NCBI GenBank assembly: GCA_023703655.1
Contig: CP097973.1
Span: forward strand, 170,663 to 234,662
Direction: 5' to 3'
Origin: SAR86 cluster bacterium
GTDB lineage: Bacteria; Pseudomonadota; Gammaproteobacteria; Magnimaribacterales; D2472
DNA length: 64,000 nucleotides
The notes under the pieces were generated by a model that saw only the letters and a list, made by a program, of their open reading frames with translations, was not told the DNA's origin and did not search any database. Of the stretch, positions 1-9,495 are shown piece by piece; positions within the stretch are counted from its first letter, which is position 1; the number at the start of each line of letters is the position of its first letter. A program made the position numbers and the translations under genes.

Positions 1-636
1 CACAATTTTCTTGTTTAAATGCATGCATTTACTTTCCCACGTCTCCAGCCACGAATCGACTCCTCTTTCTAGGTAATCTTCAAAACCTTTTAAAATTTTG
101 TTGATTATTTCATCCCGTAAATTTTTTAGTTTAAATTCTGAAAAATCTCCCCACCAACTCTCTTTTTCTTCGCTAAGCTCAAGGTTAATACCTATTCCAA
201 CAATAATTTTAGATAGGTCGCTGCCTTTTTCTTTTTCTACTAATATACCAGCGACTTTTTTTCTTCTAAATACAATGTCATTTGGCCATTTTATTTTTAT
301 GTTTTCTTCATTTAGAGATTTCGAAAGTGCGTTTGTAACTATTATTGATGTAATTAGTGATATCGGTGGACCATCTGCTTTAGCTTCGTAGGAAATTGAC
401 AAAGCAATGTTTCCTTCCGGTGTAAGCCAATTTCTTCCATGCCTGCCTTTACCACTGGTTTGTTTATTTGCAGAAACAACAAGAAATTTCTTTTTTATTG
501 ATATTCTTTTGCATTCTTCATTTGTAGAATCAATCGATCTTAATAAAAATAAGTCAAAATTCTCTTTATTGAGATCTTTTAAAATAATTTCTTTGTTAAA
601 CTTTGACAATTTAATAATTGGTTGACTTAATATCAT
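1..636 (-). CDS. birA: biotin--[acetyl-CoA-carboxylase] ligase, group I (no N-terminal HTH); 3' end runs off the window
   Basis: Absent from the ORF track because it is open at the window edge. My hand translation of the reverse strand from the ATG at 636-634 gives MILSQPIIKL...RSIDSTNEECKRI...NKQTSGKGRHGRNWLTPEG...KIKWPNDIVFRRKKVAGILVEKE..., with the GxGRxGRxW and KWPND biotin-protein-ligase motifs. The frame stays open for all 212 codons down to base 1. Confidence 0.85.
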   Translation of the reverse strand, partial: MILSQPIIKLSKFNKEIILKDLNKENFDLFLLRSIDSTNEECKRISIKKKFLVVSANKQTSGKGRHGRNWLTPEGNIALSISYEAKADGPPISLITSIIVTNALSKSLNEENIKIKWPNDIVFRRKKVAGILVEKEKGSDLSKIIVGIGINLELSEEKESWWGDFSEFKLKNLRDEIINKILKGFEDYLERGVDSWLETWESKCMHLNKKIV

Positions 637-665
637 TCTAGAACAAAAATAGCTGTCATCAAATT

Positions 666-750
666 GGAGGGATTGGGGAGCGGTCAAACCCAGCAGACTG
701 TAAATCTGCCGCCTCGTGCTTCGGAGGTTCGAATCCTCCTCCCTCCACCA
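666..750 (+). tRNA. tRNA-Tyr (anticodon GTA), class II with long variable arm
   Basis: Cloverleaf read by eye. Acceptor GGAGGGA/TCCCTCC; anticodon stem GCAGA/TCTGC with loop CTGTAAA; long variable arm; GGTTCGAATCC T-arm; encoded CCA. Aligns along its whole length with E. coli tRNA-Tyr as I remember it. Confidence 0.93.
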
Positions 751-783
751 ATTTTTTACAAAAAAACACATATATTAAAAAGG

Positions 784-812
784 TTGAGTTTCTTTATATT
801 TAGAGTGATAAT
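784..812 (+). promoter_or_regulatory. sigma70-like promoter for tRNA-Thr/tuf: TTGAGT-N17-GATAAT followed by ACGCATCC
   Basis: Hexamers at 784-789 and 807-812 with a 17-nt spacer. A GC-containing discriminator-like ACGCA follows the -10. Located 31 nt upstream of the mature tRNA-Thr 5' end. Confidence 0.45.
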
Positions 813-843
813 ACGCATCCTTTAATTGGTTGTTTATAGGCGG

Positions 844-918
<75 letters not shown>

Positions 919-955
919 AATAAAGATTTATTGAAATAAAAGAGAGGCATTAAAT

Positions 956-2146
956 ATGGCTAGAGAAAAATTCGAAAGAACATTACCTCACGTAAATGTA
1001 GGTACAATTGGTCACGTTGATCATGGTAAAACTACACTCACTGCTGCTTTAACGAAAGTTTGTGCAGAAACATATGGTGGTGATGCTGTCTCATTCGATG
1101 GTATTGATAATGCGCCTGAGGAAAAAGAAAGAGGAATTACAATTGCTACCTCTCATGTTGAATACGTTTCAACAAATAGACATTATGCTCATGTTGATTG
1201 TCCCGGGCACGCAGATTATGTAAAAAACATGATTACCGGTGCTGCTCAGATGGATGGTGCGATTCTTGTTGTCAGCGCAGCTGATGGACCAATGCCTCAG
1301 ACCAGAGAACACATACTTCTTGCTAGACAAGTTGGTGTACCTAAAATAGTTGTGTTTTTGAATAAAGCTGATCAAGTTGATGACGCTGAACTTCAAGAGC
1401 TAGTAGAACTAGAAATTAGAGAGTTGCTTAACGAATACGAATTTCCTGGTGATGATACTCCAATTATCTTAGGCAGCGCCCTGAAAGCACTTGAAGGAGA
1501 TACATCTGATATAGGTGCAGGAGCCGTTCAAAAACTAGTAGAAGCACTTGATTCATATGTTCCTGAACCTGAAAGAGATGTTGATAAGCCATTTCTTATG
1601 CCAATTGAGGATGTATTTACAATTTCCGGAAGAGGTACTGTTGTCACAGGAAGGATTGAGAGAGGCATTGTAAAAACTGGTGATGCGCTTGAGATAGTTG
1701 GAATCACTGACACATCTGAAACAACTTGTACTGGTGTAGAGATGTTTAGAAAATCCTTAGATGAAGGAAGAGCGGGTGAAAATTGTGGAGTTTTACTAAG
1801 AGGAATTGAAAGAGATGCTGTTGAGCGTGGTCAAGTTCTGTCTAAGCCATCTTCTATAACACCTCATACTGAATTTGAAGCAGAGATATATGTGCTTTCA
1901 AAGGAAGAGGGCGGAAGGCATACTCCATTTTTTAGTAATTATAGACCTCAGTTTTATTTTAGAACAACAGACGTAACAGGAGCATGTGAACTACCTGATA
2001 AAGTTGAAATGGTTATGCCAGGCGATAATATCAAGATGAAAGTTTCATTAATTGCACCTATTGCAATGGATGAGGGTTTAAAATTTGCTATACGAGAAGG
2101 CGGAAGAACAGTTGGTGCCGGTGTCGTATCCAAGATAATTAAATAA
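956..2146 (+). CDS. tuf: translation elongation factor EF-Tu
   Basis: 396 aa with [18 protein letters not shown] and NKAD GTPase motifs. Full-length EF-Tu-like sequence. AGAGAGG Shine-Dalgarno upstream. Confidence 0.99.
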   Translation: MAREKFERTLPHVNVGTIGHVDHGKTTLTAALTKVCAETYGGDAVSFDGIDNAPEEKERGITIATSHVEYVSTNRHYAHVDCPGHADYVKNMITGAAQMDGAILVVSAADGPMPQTREHILLARQVGVPKIVVFLNKADQVDDAELQELVELEIRELLNEYEFPGDDTPIILGSALKALEGDTSDIGAGAVQKLVEALDSYVPEPERDVDKPFLMPIEDVFTISGRGTVVTGRIERGIVKTGDALEIVGITDTSETTCTGVEMFRKSLDEGRAGENCGVLLRGIERDAVERGQVLSKPSSITPHTEFEAEIYVLSKEEGGRHTPFFSNYRPQFYFRTTDVTGACELPDKVEMVMPGDNIKMKVSLIAPIAMDEGLKFAIREGGRTVGAGVVSKIIK

Positions 2147-2160
2147 TTTTTTATGGGTGA

Positions 2161-2190
2161 ATGCCAAGCTATGCTTGGCATTTTTTGTTT
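2161..2190 (+). terminator. rho-independent terminator after tuf
   Basis: Perfect 9-bp stem ATGCCAAGC / GCTTGGCAT (2161-2169 / 2173-2181) with a 3-nt loop, followed by TTTTTGTTT. Confidence 0.75.
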
Positions 2191-2205
2191 TATATTTTAG
2201 AACAT

Positions 2206-2281
2206 AGGCCAGTAGCTCAACTGGTAGAGCGACGGTCTCCAAAACCGTAGGTTGGGGGTTCAAGTCCCTCCTGGCCTGCCA
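2206..2281 (+). tRNA. tRNA-Trp (anticodon CCA)
   Basis: Acceptor AGGCCAG/CTGGCCT; anticodon stem ACGGT/ACCGT with loop CTCCAAA; GGTTCAAGTCC T-arm; encoded CCA. Lies between tuf and secE. Confidence 0.93.
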
Positions 2282-2316
2282 TTTGGGATGTAAGGTGGGT
2301 AATATTAGGAAAAACT

Positions 2317-2682
2317 ATGTCTAGTAAGTCTAAAAGTAACAACATCTTAAATGTAATTAAGTGGACTCTGGCTATGTCTGCATTCTTAATTGCCGTTGTA
2401 GGTAATAGCTATTTTTCAGCAACTCCATTTTTATACAGAGTATTAGGTGTTCTAGGGCTTTTCATTGTAGGATTAGCGATTCTTGCAACAACTGAATTTG
2501 GCAGAAATTCACTTAAACTGATGTTTGAATCGAGAACTGAATTAAGAAGAGTTGTTTGGCCTACTAGAACAGAAACAACTCAAACATTCCTTGTGGTATT
2601 CGGATCAATTGTTATACTATGCCTCTTTTTTTGGGGTTTAGAGTCATTTTTAAGTTGGTTAACTAGATTGGTGCTGGGTTAA
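2317..2682 (+). CDS. secE: preprotein translocase subunit SecE
   Basis: 121 aa with three hydrophobic segments. The C-terminal ...[18 protein letters not shown]... matches the SecE signature. Located upstream of nusG. Confidence 0.94.
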   Translation: MSSKSKSNNILNVIKWTLAMSAFLIAVVGNSYFSATPFLYRVLGVLGLFIVGLAILATTEFGRNSLKLMFESRTELRRVVWPTRTETTQTFLVVFGSIVILCLFFWGLESFLSWLTRLVLG

Positions 2683-3209
2683 TGAATTGGTATGTAGTTC
2701 AGGCATATTCGGGTTATGAAACTAAAGTGCGTGATGCACTTATCGAAAGAATAAATCTTGCAGGCTTAAAAGAAAAGTTTGGTGAAATTCTTGTACCAAC
2801 AGAACAGGTAGTTGAGCTGAAAAGTGGTGAAAAGAAAAAGACAGAGAGAAAATTTTTTCCAGGATACATAATTATTGAAATGGATATGGACGATGATACA
2901 TGGCAGTTAGTTAAACACACACCTCGTGTAAGTACTTTTGTGGGCGGTACAAAAGAAAAACCTATGCCAATCTCAAAACAAGAAGTTGACAAAATAATTA
3001 ACAGAATCGAAGTTGGTGAGGAAGCGCCAAGACCAAAAACTCTTTTTGAGCCCGGCGAGGTTGTAAGAGTTTGTGATGGCCCTTTTAATGATTTCAGTGG
3101 AGTAGTTGAGGAAGTTGACTATGAAAATAGTCAGGTCAAGGTATCCGTTGAAATCCTCGGCAGATCTACTCCTGTACAACTAGATTTCATACAAATTGAG
3201 AAAACTTAA
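2682..3209 (+). CDS. nusG: transcription termination/antitermination factor NusG
   Basis: 175 aa. [16 protein letters not shown] domain and KOW region [26 protein letters not shown] overlap with the secE stop. Confidence 0.98.
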   Translation: MNWYVVQAYSGYETKVRDALIERINLAGLKEKFGEILVPTEQVVELKSGEKKKTERKFFPGYIIIEMDMDDDTWQLVKHTPRVSTFVGGTKEKPMPISKQEVDKIINRIEVGEEAPRPKTLFEPGEVVRVCDGPFNDFSGVVEEVDYENSQVKVSVEILGRSTPVQLDFIQIEKT

Positions 3210-3634
3210 TGGCAAAGAAAGTAGAGACAATATTAAAATTACAAATACCTGCTGGTGCTGCTAATCCCAGCCCACCTGTAGGCCCAGCATTGGGTCAAGC
3301 TAGTGTTAATATTATGGATTTCTGTAACGCATTTAATGCGGAAACCAAAGATGCCGAAAAAGGAGTGCCTCTACCTGTAGTAATTCAGGTATATGAGGAT
3401 AAATCATTTACTTTTCAGATTAAATCTCCTCCTGCATCTGTATTAATAAAGAAGGCTATTAAGATTCAAAAAGGCAGCTCAGTTCCAAACATGGATAAAG
3501 TCGGATCAATAACAAACGCCCAGCTTGAGGAAATAGCAAAGGTTAAAGAAAAAGACTTAAATGCTAATTCACTTGGTCAAGCGGTAAAGATTATTGCTGG
3601 AACTGCAAGAAGTATGGGTGTAGATGTCAAATGA
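3209..3634 (+). CDS. rplK: 50S ribosomal protein L11
   Basis: 141 aa, with ...[17 protein letters not shown]... The start shares one base with the nusG stop (TAATG). Confidence 0.98.
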   Translation: MAKKVETILKLQIPAGAANPSPPVGPALGQASVNIMDFCNAFNAETKDAEKGVPLPVVIQVYEDKSFTFQIKSPPASVLIKKAIKIQKGSSVPNMDKVGSITNAQLEEIAKVKEKDLNANSLGQAVKIIAGTARSMGVDVK

Positions 3635-4320
3635 AAATATCAAAGAAGAGGCAAGAATTCCAAAATATGATTGATGATAGAGAATATTATTCTATAGGCG
3701 AAGCTCTTGATATATTTAGCAAATCTAAATCAAAAAACTTTGATGAGTCCATCGACATTGCAATCAATTTAGGTATCGATGCAGGTAAATCTGATGAAAA
3801 TGTTAGAGGTTCTGTTGCTTTACCTAATTCCCTTGGCAAAGACATTAAATTAGCAGTTTTCACTGATTCATCAAATGAAAAAGAGGCTAAGGATAATGGT
3901 GCTGATTTTGTTGGAATGGAGGAATTAGCAGAAGAATTTAAGAAAGATAACATTAAGGTTGATCTGGTTATTGCCTCACAATCAGCAATGAAGATTGTTG
4001 GTCAATTGGGTCAAATTTTGGGTCCTAAAGGACTTATGCCAAGTCCAAAAAATGGAACTGTTACCGATAACATTGGTACTGCTGTAAAAGAAGCAAAATC
4101 AGGTAAAGTTTTATTTAAAAATGATAAAGGTGGAATTATCCATGGTTGTATTGCAAAGGTTTCATTTAATGAAAATCAAATCTTAGAAAACTTAAATGTG
4201 CTGGTAGATGAGGTAAAAAGACTAAAACCAGCTTCTACAAAAGGTGTTTACATTAAAGATATCTTTATAAGTAGCACAATGGGTCCAGGATTAAAGTTAA
4301 ATGCAGGAGATTATATATAA
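3631..4320 (+). CDS. rplA: 50S ribosomal protein L1
   Basis: 229 aa, full-length L1-like. ATGA overlap with rplK. Confidence 0.97.
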   Translation: MKISKKRQEFQNMIDDREYYSIGEALDIFSKSKSKNFDESIDIAINLGIDAGKSDENVRGSVALPNSLGKDIKLAVFTDSSNEKEAKDNGADFVGMEELAEEFKKDNIKVDLVIASQSAMKIVGQLGQILGPKGLMPSPKNGTVTDNIGTAVKEAKSGKVLFKNDKGGIIHGCIAKVSFNENQILENLNVLVDEVKRLKPASTKGVYIKDIFISSTMGPGLKLNAGDYI

Positions 4321-4469
4321 GTTTTGAGCTCTTGAGCTCAGATTGTTGCGTGAATTCGCAGCCGTCAAAGACCGTAGGTGTGAAAGCTTAATTTCCTACG
4401 TAGGTGGTGATAAATTCGTTTTACGTTTTGTCACTTAAACTAAAGCCGAAAGGCAAAAAGGAGAATTGT
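4321..4469 (+). promoter_or_regulatory. candidate rplJ (L10) autoregulatory mRNA leader
   Basis: At 149 nt this is the largest non-coding gap in the window. It is structured: tandem TTGAGCTC x2 (4324-4339); TGCG/CGCA hairpin (4347-4360); 6-bp stem CGTAGG (4373-4378) / CCTACG (4395-4400). It occupies the position of the L10(L12)4-binding leader known in E. coli. Confidence 0.5.
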
Positions 4470-5000
4470 TTGGCAATAACAAAAGAAAAAAAAGAGAAAA
4501 TAGTTGCTGAAATTAAAGATATTGCCCTTAAAGCGTCTTCATTAGTTGTTTCTGATGCAAGAGGTTTAAAGGTTTCTGAAATTTCAGAAATTAGAAAGGA
4601 TGGTAATCAGTCAGGCATTCAAATCAAGGTTGTTAAAAATTCTTTAGCAAAGCTTGCTTTTGATGGTACTGACTTCAATTGTACTAATGAAGTATTAAAT
4701 GGCCCTTCACTTTTTGCATTTTCTTTTGATGAACCAGGTGCTGCTGCAAAGCTTATTAAATCTTATGCAAAAAACTTCGAAGCATTAGAAGTAAAAGCTT
4801 TATCAGTCGAAGGAAAACTATTATCCGCAGACCAGATAGACGTGTTGGCAAAATTGCCATCTCACATTGAAGGTATAACGATAATAGCTTCTATATTACA
4901 GGCACCAGTTTCTAAATTTGCAAGATTGCTTAATGAATTACCAAGTAAATTTGCAAGAACTTTGCAAGCAGTTCATGACAAAAAACAGGCAGCAGCCTAA
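4470..5000 (+). CDS. rplJ: 50S ribosomal protein L10
   Basis: I prefer the TTG at 4470, which is preceded by AAAGGAG at good spacing and gives MAITKEKKEKIVAEIKD... The track ORF start at 4404 adds 22 non-conserved residues from inside the leader. Confidence 0.9.
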   Translation: MAITKEKKEKIVAEIKDIALKASSLVVSDARGLKVSEISEIRKDGNQSGIQIKVVKNSLAKLAFDGTDFNCTNEVLNGPSLFAFSFDEPGAAAKLIKSYAKNFEALEVKALSVEGKLLSADQIDVLAKLPSHIEGITIIASILQAPVSKFARLLNELPSKFARTLQAVHDKKQAAA

Positions 5001-5015
5001 GTAAAGGAGAATATT

Positions 5016-5402
5016 ATGGCAACATCAAAAGAAGATATTTTGAAAGCTATTGAGGAGATGTCTGTGATGGATCTGGTAGATCTTATCTCAGAGATTGAAG
5101 AAAAATTTGGAGTTTCTGCAGCAGCAGCTGTAGCCGCGGCACCTTCTGCAGCTGCAGGTGGTGAGCAAGAAGGCTCTGCAGCCGAAGAGAAGGATGAATT
5201 TGATGTGATCCTCAGTGCAGCTGGCGATCAGAAAGTGCAAGTTATTAAAGCTGTAAGAGCAATCACCGGTCTTGGCCTTAAAGAGGCAAAAGATATGGTG
5301 GATGGTGCTCCAAAAACTATTAAGGAAGCGGTTAAGAAAGAAGAAGCAGATGAGATGGTAAAACAACTCACTGAAGCTGGAGCGACTGCTGAACTTAAAT
5401 AA
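5016..5402 (+). CDS. rplL: 50S ribosomal protein L7/L12
   Basis: 128 aa with an Ala-rich hinge and the C-terminal domain ...[22 protein letters not shown]... Confidence 0.98.
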   Translation: MATSKEDILKAIEEMSVMDLVDLISEIEEKFGVSAAAAVAAAPSAAAGGEQEGSAAEEKDEFDVILSAAGDQKVQVIKAVRAITGLGLKEAKDMVDGAPKTIKEAVKKEEADEMVKQLTEAGATAELK

Positions 5403-5418
5403 TTAATCTAAAATAAAT

Positions 5419-8400
5419 ATGGCATATAGTTATACAGAAAAGAAAAGAATTAGAAAGAACTTTGGAAGACTACCTGAAGTTATGAGTCTTCCAAAGCTCA
5501 TAGAGACTCAATTAGACTCATATAGTTCTTTCCTACAAGAAAATATTGCTCCAGACAAGAGAGAAAACAAAGGTTTAGAGGAAGTTTTTAATGGACTTTT
5601 TCCCATAACTAGCGTTTCAGGTAACGCTGCTCTCGAATATGTGTCATATGAATTGGGTAAAAGCCCATACACTGTTCAAGAGTGCCTTATTCAAGGCTTA
5701 AGTTTTGCTGCCCCACTTAGAATCAAGGTAAAGCTTGTATTATTTGACCGAGAAACTAACTTTGAAGAAGTAAAAGATGTCAAAGAAGGTGAGGTTTTTA
5801 TGGGAGATGTCCCTCTCATGACTGAGGATGGATCTTTCATAATCAATGGAACTGAGAGAGTTGTTGTTAACCAGCTACACAGATCTCCTGGAGTTTTTTT
5901 TGATCATGATAGAGGAAAAACTCATTCATCTGGAAAAGTGCTTTACTCTGCTAGAATTATTCCCTATAGAGGTTCTTGGCTTGATTTTGAATTTGACGCG
6001 AAAGACATACTTTACAGCAGAATAGATAGGCGTAGAAAAATCCCTGCAACCATCATTCTAAGAGCTTTAAATATGAGCACATCACAAATTCTTGAAAGAT
6101 TTTATGAAGTAGACGACTACAAAATTGATAAAGATTCAGTAATTACTAAACTGGTGCCACAGAGGCTTAGAGGAGAAACTCTATCAGTTGATCTTAAAAT
6201 TAGAAATAAAGTTATAGTTGAGGCAAATAAAAGAATCACTGCAAGACATGTAAGACAACTTGAATCTTATAAGACTGAAAATTTAAAGCTCCCAAAAGAA
6301 TATCTTATAACTAAGGTTACTGCTAAAGATATTATTGACCAAGAAACTGGAGAAGTGATAATCCCAGCAAACACAATTATTGATGAGGAAGTCCTAGAAA
6401 GCTTTGAAAAAAATAATATCTCAGAGGTTTCTTGTTTATACATAAATGAACTTGATAAGGGCCCATATATTTCGACCACTCTTAGGAGTGATCCAACAAC
6501 AAACAGACTGGAAGCACTTGTCGAAATATATCGGATGATGAGACCAGGTGAGCCACCTACACGAGATTCAGCAGAACAACTTTTCAAAAATTTGTTTTTT
6601 AGCCCTGAGAGATATGATCTATCTGATGTTGGCAGAATGAAATTTAATAGAAGACTTAAGATAGATGATGAAAAAGAGCAGCCTGGTATATTAGATAAGG
6701 ATGACATCATTAATGTGATGCAAGGTATTGTAAATATTAGGGATGGCCATGATGTCGTAGATGATATTGATCATCTTGGTAATAGAAGAGTTAGATCAGT
6801 TGGTGAAATGACTGCAAATCAGTTTAGGGTTGGTTTGATTAGAGTTGAAAGGGCTGTCAGAGAGAGATTGAGTATGGCTGAAGCAGATGAGCTAGGTCCT
6901 CAAGACTTAATAAATGCAAAGCCCGTAACAGCGGCCATTAAAGAATTTTTTGGCTCTAGTCAGCTATCACAATTTATGGATCAAAATAATCCATTGTCTG
7001 AGATTACTCATAAAAGAAGGGTATCAGCATTAGGTCCGGGTGGTCTTACCAGGGAGCGAGCTGGATTTGAAGTTCGTGATGTACATCCTACTCATTATGG
7101 CAGACTTTGCCCTATTGAAACTCCAGAGGGTCCAAATATAGGTCTGATAAATTCCTTTGCATGTTACGCAAGGACCAATGACTATGGGTTTATTGAGACC
7201 CCATTTCGTATCGTTAAAGGCTCCAAAGTAACTGACGAAATTATATACCTCTCTGCCATTGATGAAGGTGAATATGTTATTGCCCAAGCTAATGCTGGGT
7301 TAGATAAATCAAACAAATTTGTTGATGATTTAATACCTGTAAGATTTAATGGGGAATCGAGTTTGATGTCAGCTGAAAGAATTGACTTAATGGATGTTGC
7401 GCCACAACAAGTTGTTTCTGTAGCTGCATCATTAATACCTTTTCTTGAGCATGATGATGCTAATAGGGCTTTAATGGGCTCAAACATGCAAAGACAGGCT
7501 GTGCCAGTGCTTAAACCAGAGAAACCGCTCGTAGGAACTGGTTTTGAAAAAATTGTTGCTGGAGATTCTGGAGTTTGCGTAGTTGCAAAAAATGCTGGTG
7601 TAGTTGAAAGTGTTGATGCAGGTAGGATCGTAATAAGAGTTACTGATTCAAAGTCTTCAGAATATGTCGACATTTATAACTTGATTAAATATACAAGATC
7701 TAATCAGAACACCTGCATTAATCAAAGACCTCTTGTTTCAGTTGGTGATAAAGTGAAAAGTGGAGATGTTCTTGCAGATGGACCATCTGTGGATAATGGT
7801 GAACTTGCACTAGGTCAAAATATAAGAATTGCATTTATGCCATGGAATGGATATAACTTTGAGGATTCAATCTTGGTCTCTGAAAAAGTAGCTAGAGAGG
7901 ATAGATTTACTTCAATACATATTCAAGAGATGACTTGTATTGCAAGGGATACAAAACTTGGTTCTGAAGAAATAACTGGAGATATTCCTAATGTAGGCGA
8001 GGGCTCACTTTCTAAACTTGATGAATCAGGAATTGTCTATGTTGGTGCTGAAGTCAATGCTGGCGATATTTTAGTTGGTAAAATTACTCCAAAAGGCGAG
8101 ACACAACTATCACCCGAAGAGAAGCTTTTAAGAGCTATATTTGGAGAAAAAGCATCTGATGTAAAAGATACCTCCCTTAGGGTTCCTTCAAGTACAAACG
8201 GAACAGTGATTGGGGTCGAAGTCTTTACACGTGATGGCGTTGATAAAGATGAAAGAACACTAACAATTGAATCTGAGCACTTAGAAGATGCAAAGAAGGA
8301 TTCTGATGATGAAGCTAAGATTATTAATCAGGCTACTAAATTTAGACTTATTGAAATTATTAAGAATCAAAAAGTTACTAAAGCTAAAGGTTTTAAAAAG

Positions 8401-9486
8401 GGTTCTTCAATAAAGGCTGATCAATTACATGAATTGGAGTTAAATGATCTTTTCTCCATAAGATTAGCTGATGAATCACTGAATGAAAAAATTGTCGATT
8501 CAGAGAAGCAACTAAAATCCCATATTAAGATTATTAAAGAAAAGTTTGAGGAAAAGAAGAATAAAATCACCAGAGGTCATGATCTTGCACCTGGAGTTAT
8601 AAAAATTGTTAAAGTATTTCTTGCAATTCGCAGAAGAATTCAGCCAGGGGACAAGATGGCTGGTAGACATGGCAACAAAGGTGTGATATCAGAAATAATG
8701 CCAATTGAAGATATGCCTCATGACGAAAATGGTAATCCTGTTGATATAGTCTTAAATCCATTGGGTGTTCCATCAAGAATGAACGTTGGCCAAGTTCTTG
8801 AAACTCATTTGGGTGCTGCCGCTAAAGGCATTGGCATGAAGATTGATCAAATGATCAAGGATAAAGCAAAAACAGATACTCTTAGAGATTATCTAAACAA
8901 ACTATATAACTCAGATGCTGCAATAGCAGAAGACCTAGACTCACTTAACAATAGTGAGATTATGGTTTTGGCAGAGAATCTCAGAGACGGTCTTCCAATT
9001 GCAACTCCTGTATTTGATGGAGCAAAAGAAACGCAAATAAAATCAATGTTAGATGATGCTGGATTATCATCAACTGGTCAGATTACTTTATTTGATGGGA
9101 GAACAGGAAAACAGTTTGAAAGACCTGTAACGGTTGGCTATATGTATATGATCAAATTAAATCACCTTGTTGACGATAAAATGCATGCTAGATCGACAGG
9201 ATCCTATAGCCTTGTTACTCAACAGCCTTTGGGTGGTAAAGCTCAATTTGGTGGTCAGCGATTTGGAGAAATGGAAGTTTGGGCATTGGAAGCTTATGGA
9301 GCTGCCTATACACTCCAAGAAATGCTCACTGTCAAGTCGGATGATGTTGCTGGAAGAACTAAAATGTATAAAAGCATCGTAGATGGTAATTATTCCATGG
9401 ATGCAAATATCCCTGAATCATTCAATGTTTTGAGCAAAGAGATTAAATCTCTTGGTATAAATATTGAGTTAGATTCTGAAGATTAG
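5419..9486 (+). CDS. rpoB: DNA-directed RNA polymerase subunit beta
   Basis: 1355 aa, colinear with gammaproteobacterial RpoB, including the lineage-specific insertion regions. Confidence 0.99.
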   Translation: MAYSYTEKKRIRKNFGRLPEVMSLPKLIETQLDSYSSFLQENIAPDKRENKGLEEVFNGLFPITSVSGNAALEYVSYELGKSPYTVQECLIQGLSFAAPLRIKVKLVLFDRETNFEEVKDVKEGEVFMGDVPLMTEDGSFIINGTERVVVNQLHRSPGVFFDHDRGKTHSSGKVLYSARIIPYRGSWLDFEFDAKDILYSRIDRRRKIPATIILRALNMSTSQILERFYEVDDYKIDKDSVITKLVPQRLRGETLSVDLKIRNKVIVEANKRITARHVRQLESYKTENLKLPKEYLITKVTAKDIIDQETGEVIIPANTIIDEEVLESFEKNNISEVSCLYINELDKGPYISTTLRSDPTTNRLEALVEIYRMMRPGEPPTRDSAEQLFKNLFFSPERYDLSDVGRMKFNRRLKIDDEKEQPGILDKDDIINVMQGIVNIRDGHDVVDDIDHLGNRRVRSVGEMTANQFRVGLIRVERAVRERLSMAEADELGPQDLINAKPVTAAIKEFFGSSQLSQFMDQNNPLSEITHKRRVSALGPGGLTRERAGFEVRDVHPTHYGRLCPIETPEGPNIGLINSFACYARTNDYGFIETPFRIVKGSKVTDEIIYLSAIDEGEYVIAQANAGLDKSNKFVDDLIPVRFNGESSLMSAERIDLMDVAPQQVVSVAASLIPFLEHDDANRALMGSNMQRQAVPVLKPEKPLVGTGFEKIVAGDSGVCVVAKNAGVVESVDAGRIVIRVTDSKSSEYVDIYNLIKYTRSNQNTCINQRPLVSVGDKVKSGDVLADGPSVDNGELALGQNIRIAFMPWNGYNFEDSILVSEKVAREDRFTSIHIQEMTCIARDTKLGSEEITGDIPNVGEGSLSKLDESGIVYVGAEVNAGDILVGKITPKGETQLSPEEKLLRAIFGEKASDVKDTSLRVPSSTNGTVIGVEVFTRDGVDKDERTLTIESEHLEDAKKDSDDEAKIINQATKFRLIEIIKNQKVTKAKGFKKGSSIKADQLHELELNDLFSIRLADESLNEKIVDSEKQLKSHIKIIKEKFEEKKNKITRGHDLAPGVIKIVKVFLAIRRRIQPGDKMAGRHGNKGVISEIMPIEDMPHDENGNPVDIVLNPLGVPSRMNVGQVLETHLGAAAKGIGMKIDQMIKDKAKTDTLRDYLNKLYNSDAAIAEDLDSLNNSEIMVLAENLRDGLPIATPVFDGAKETQIKSMLDDAGLSSTGQITLFDGRTGKQFERPVTVGYMYMIKLNHLVDDKMHARSTGSYSLVTQQPLGGKAQFGGQRFGEMEVWALEAYGAAYTLQEMLTVKSDDVAGRTKMYKSIVDGNYSMDANIPESFNVLSKEIKSLGINIELDSED

Positions 9487-9495
9487 GAGAAAACT

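Noticed and set aside
98-625. Two + strand ORFs (97 aa and 72 aa) at the left edge of the window
   Set aside because: They are antisense shadows of birA. The reverse strand encodes an uninterrupted biotin ligase with GRHGRNW and KWPND motifs, whereas the + strand products are low-complexity S/F/L-rich sequences with no recognisable motif.
751-843. Possible degraded tRNA-Gly between tRNA-Tyr and tRNA-Thr, the position it occupies in the E. coli and Pseudomonas tufB-upstream clusters
   Set aside because: The 93-nt spacer is very AT-rich. It shows no acceptor or T-arm remnants and is better explained by a T-tract after tRNA-Tyr plus the TTGAGT-N17-GATAAT promoter.
2175-2203. TTGGCA-N17-TAGAAC promoter-like hexamers between the tuf terminator and tRNA-Trp
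   Set aside because: The predicted transcription start would fall inside the mature tRNA-Trp, which begins at 2206, and the -35 is part of the terminator stem. tRNA-Trp is more likely processed from terminator read-through or from an unrecognised start.
4404-4469. Over-long ORF-track starts for rplJ (4404), rpsS (19446), rplR (24065), rplQ (29329), ratA (40326) and dxr (50470)
   Set aside because: Each extension lies inside the upstream gene or leader and adds non-conserved residues. In every case a downstream start gives the canonical N-terminus (for example [36 protein letters not shown]), usually with a stop/start overlap or a Shine-Dalgarno.
6267-7673. Long antisense ORFs inside rpoB (147, 85 and 163 aa). 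The same applies to antisense ORFs inside rpoC (10056-10445 and others), rplP (20741-21208, 155 aa), rpsK (27287-27676), rplU/rpmA (35955-36329), rpsB (46524-46904) and dnaE (60320-60820, 166 aa).
   Set aside because: All lie wholly within strongly conserved genes in the codon-aligned antisense frame, where stop codons are depleted by the sense-strand codon bias. Their products are Ser/Leu/Ile-rich. None has its own start context or spacing. These are typical shadow ORFs, not overlapping genes.
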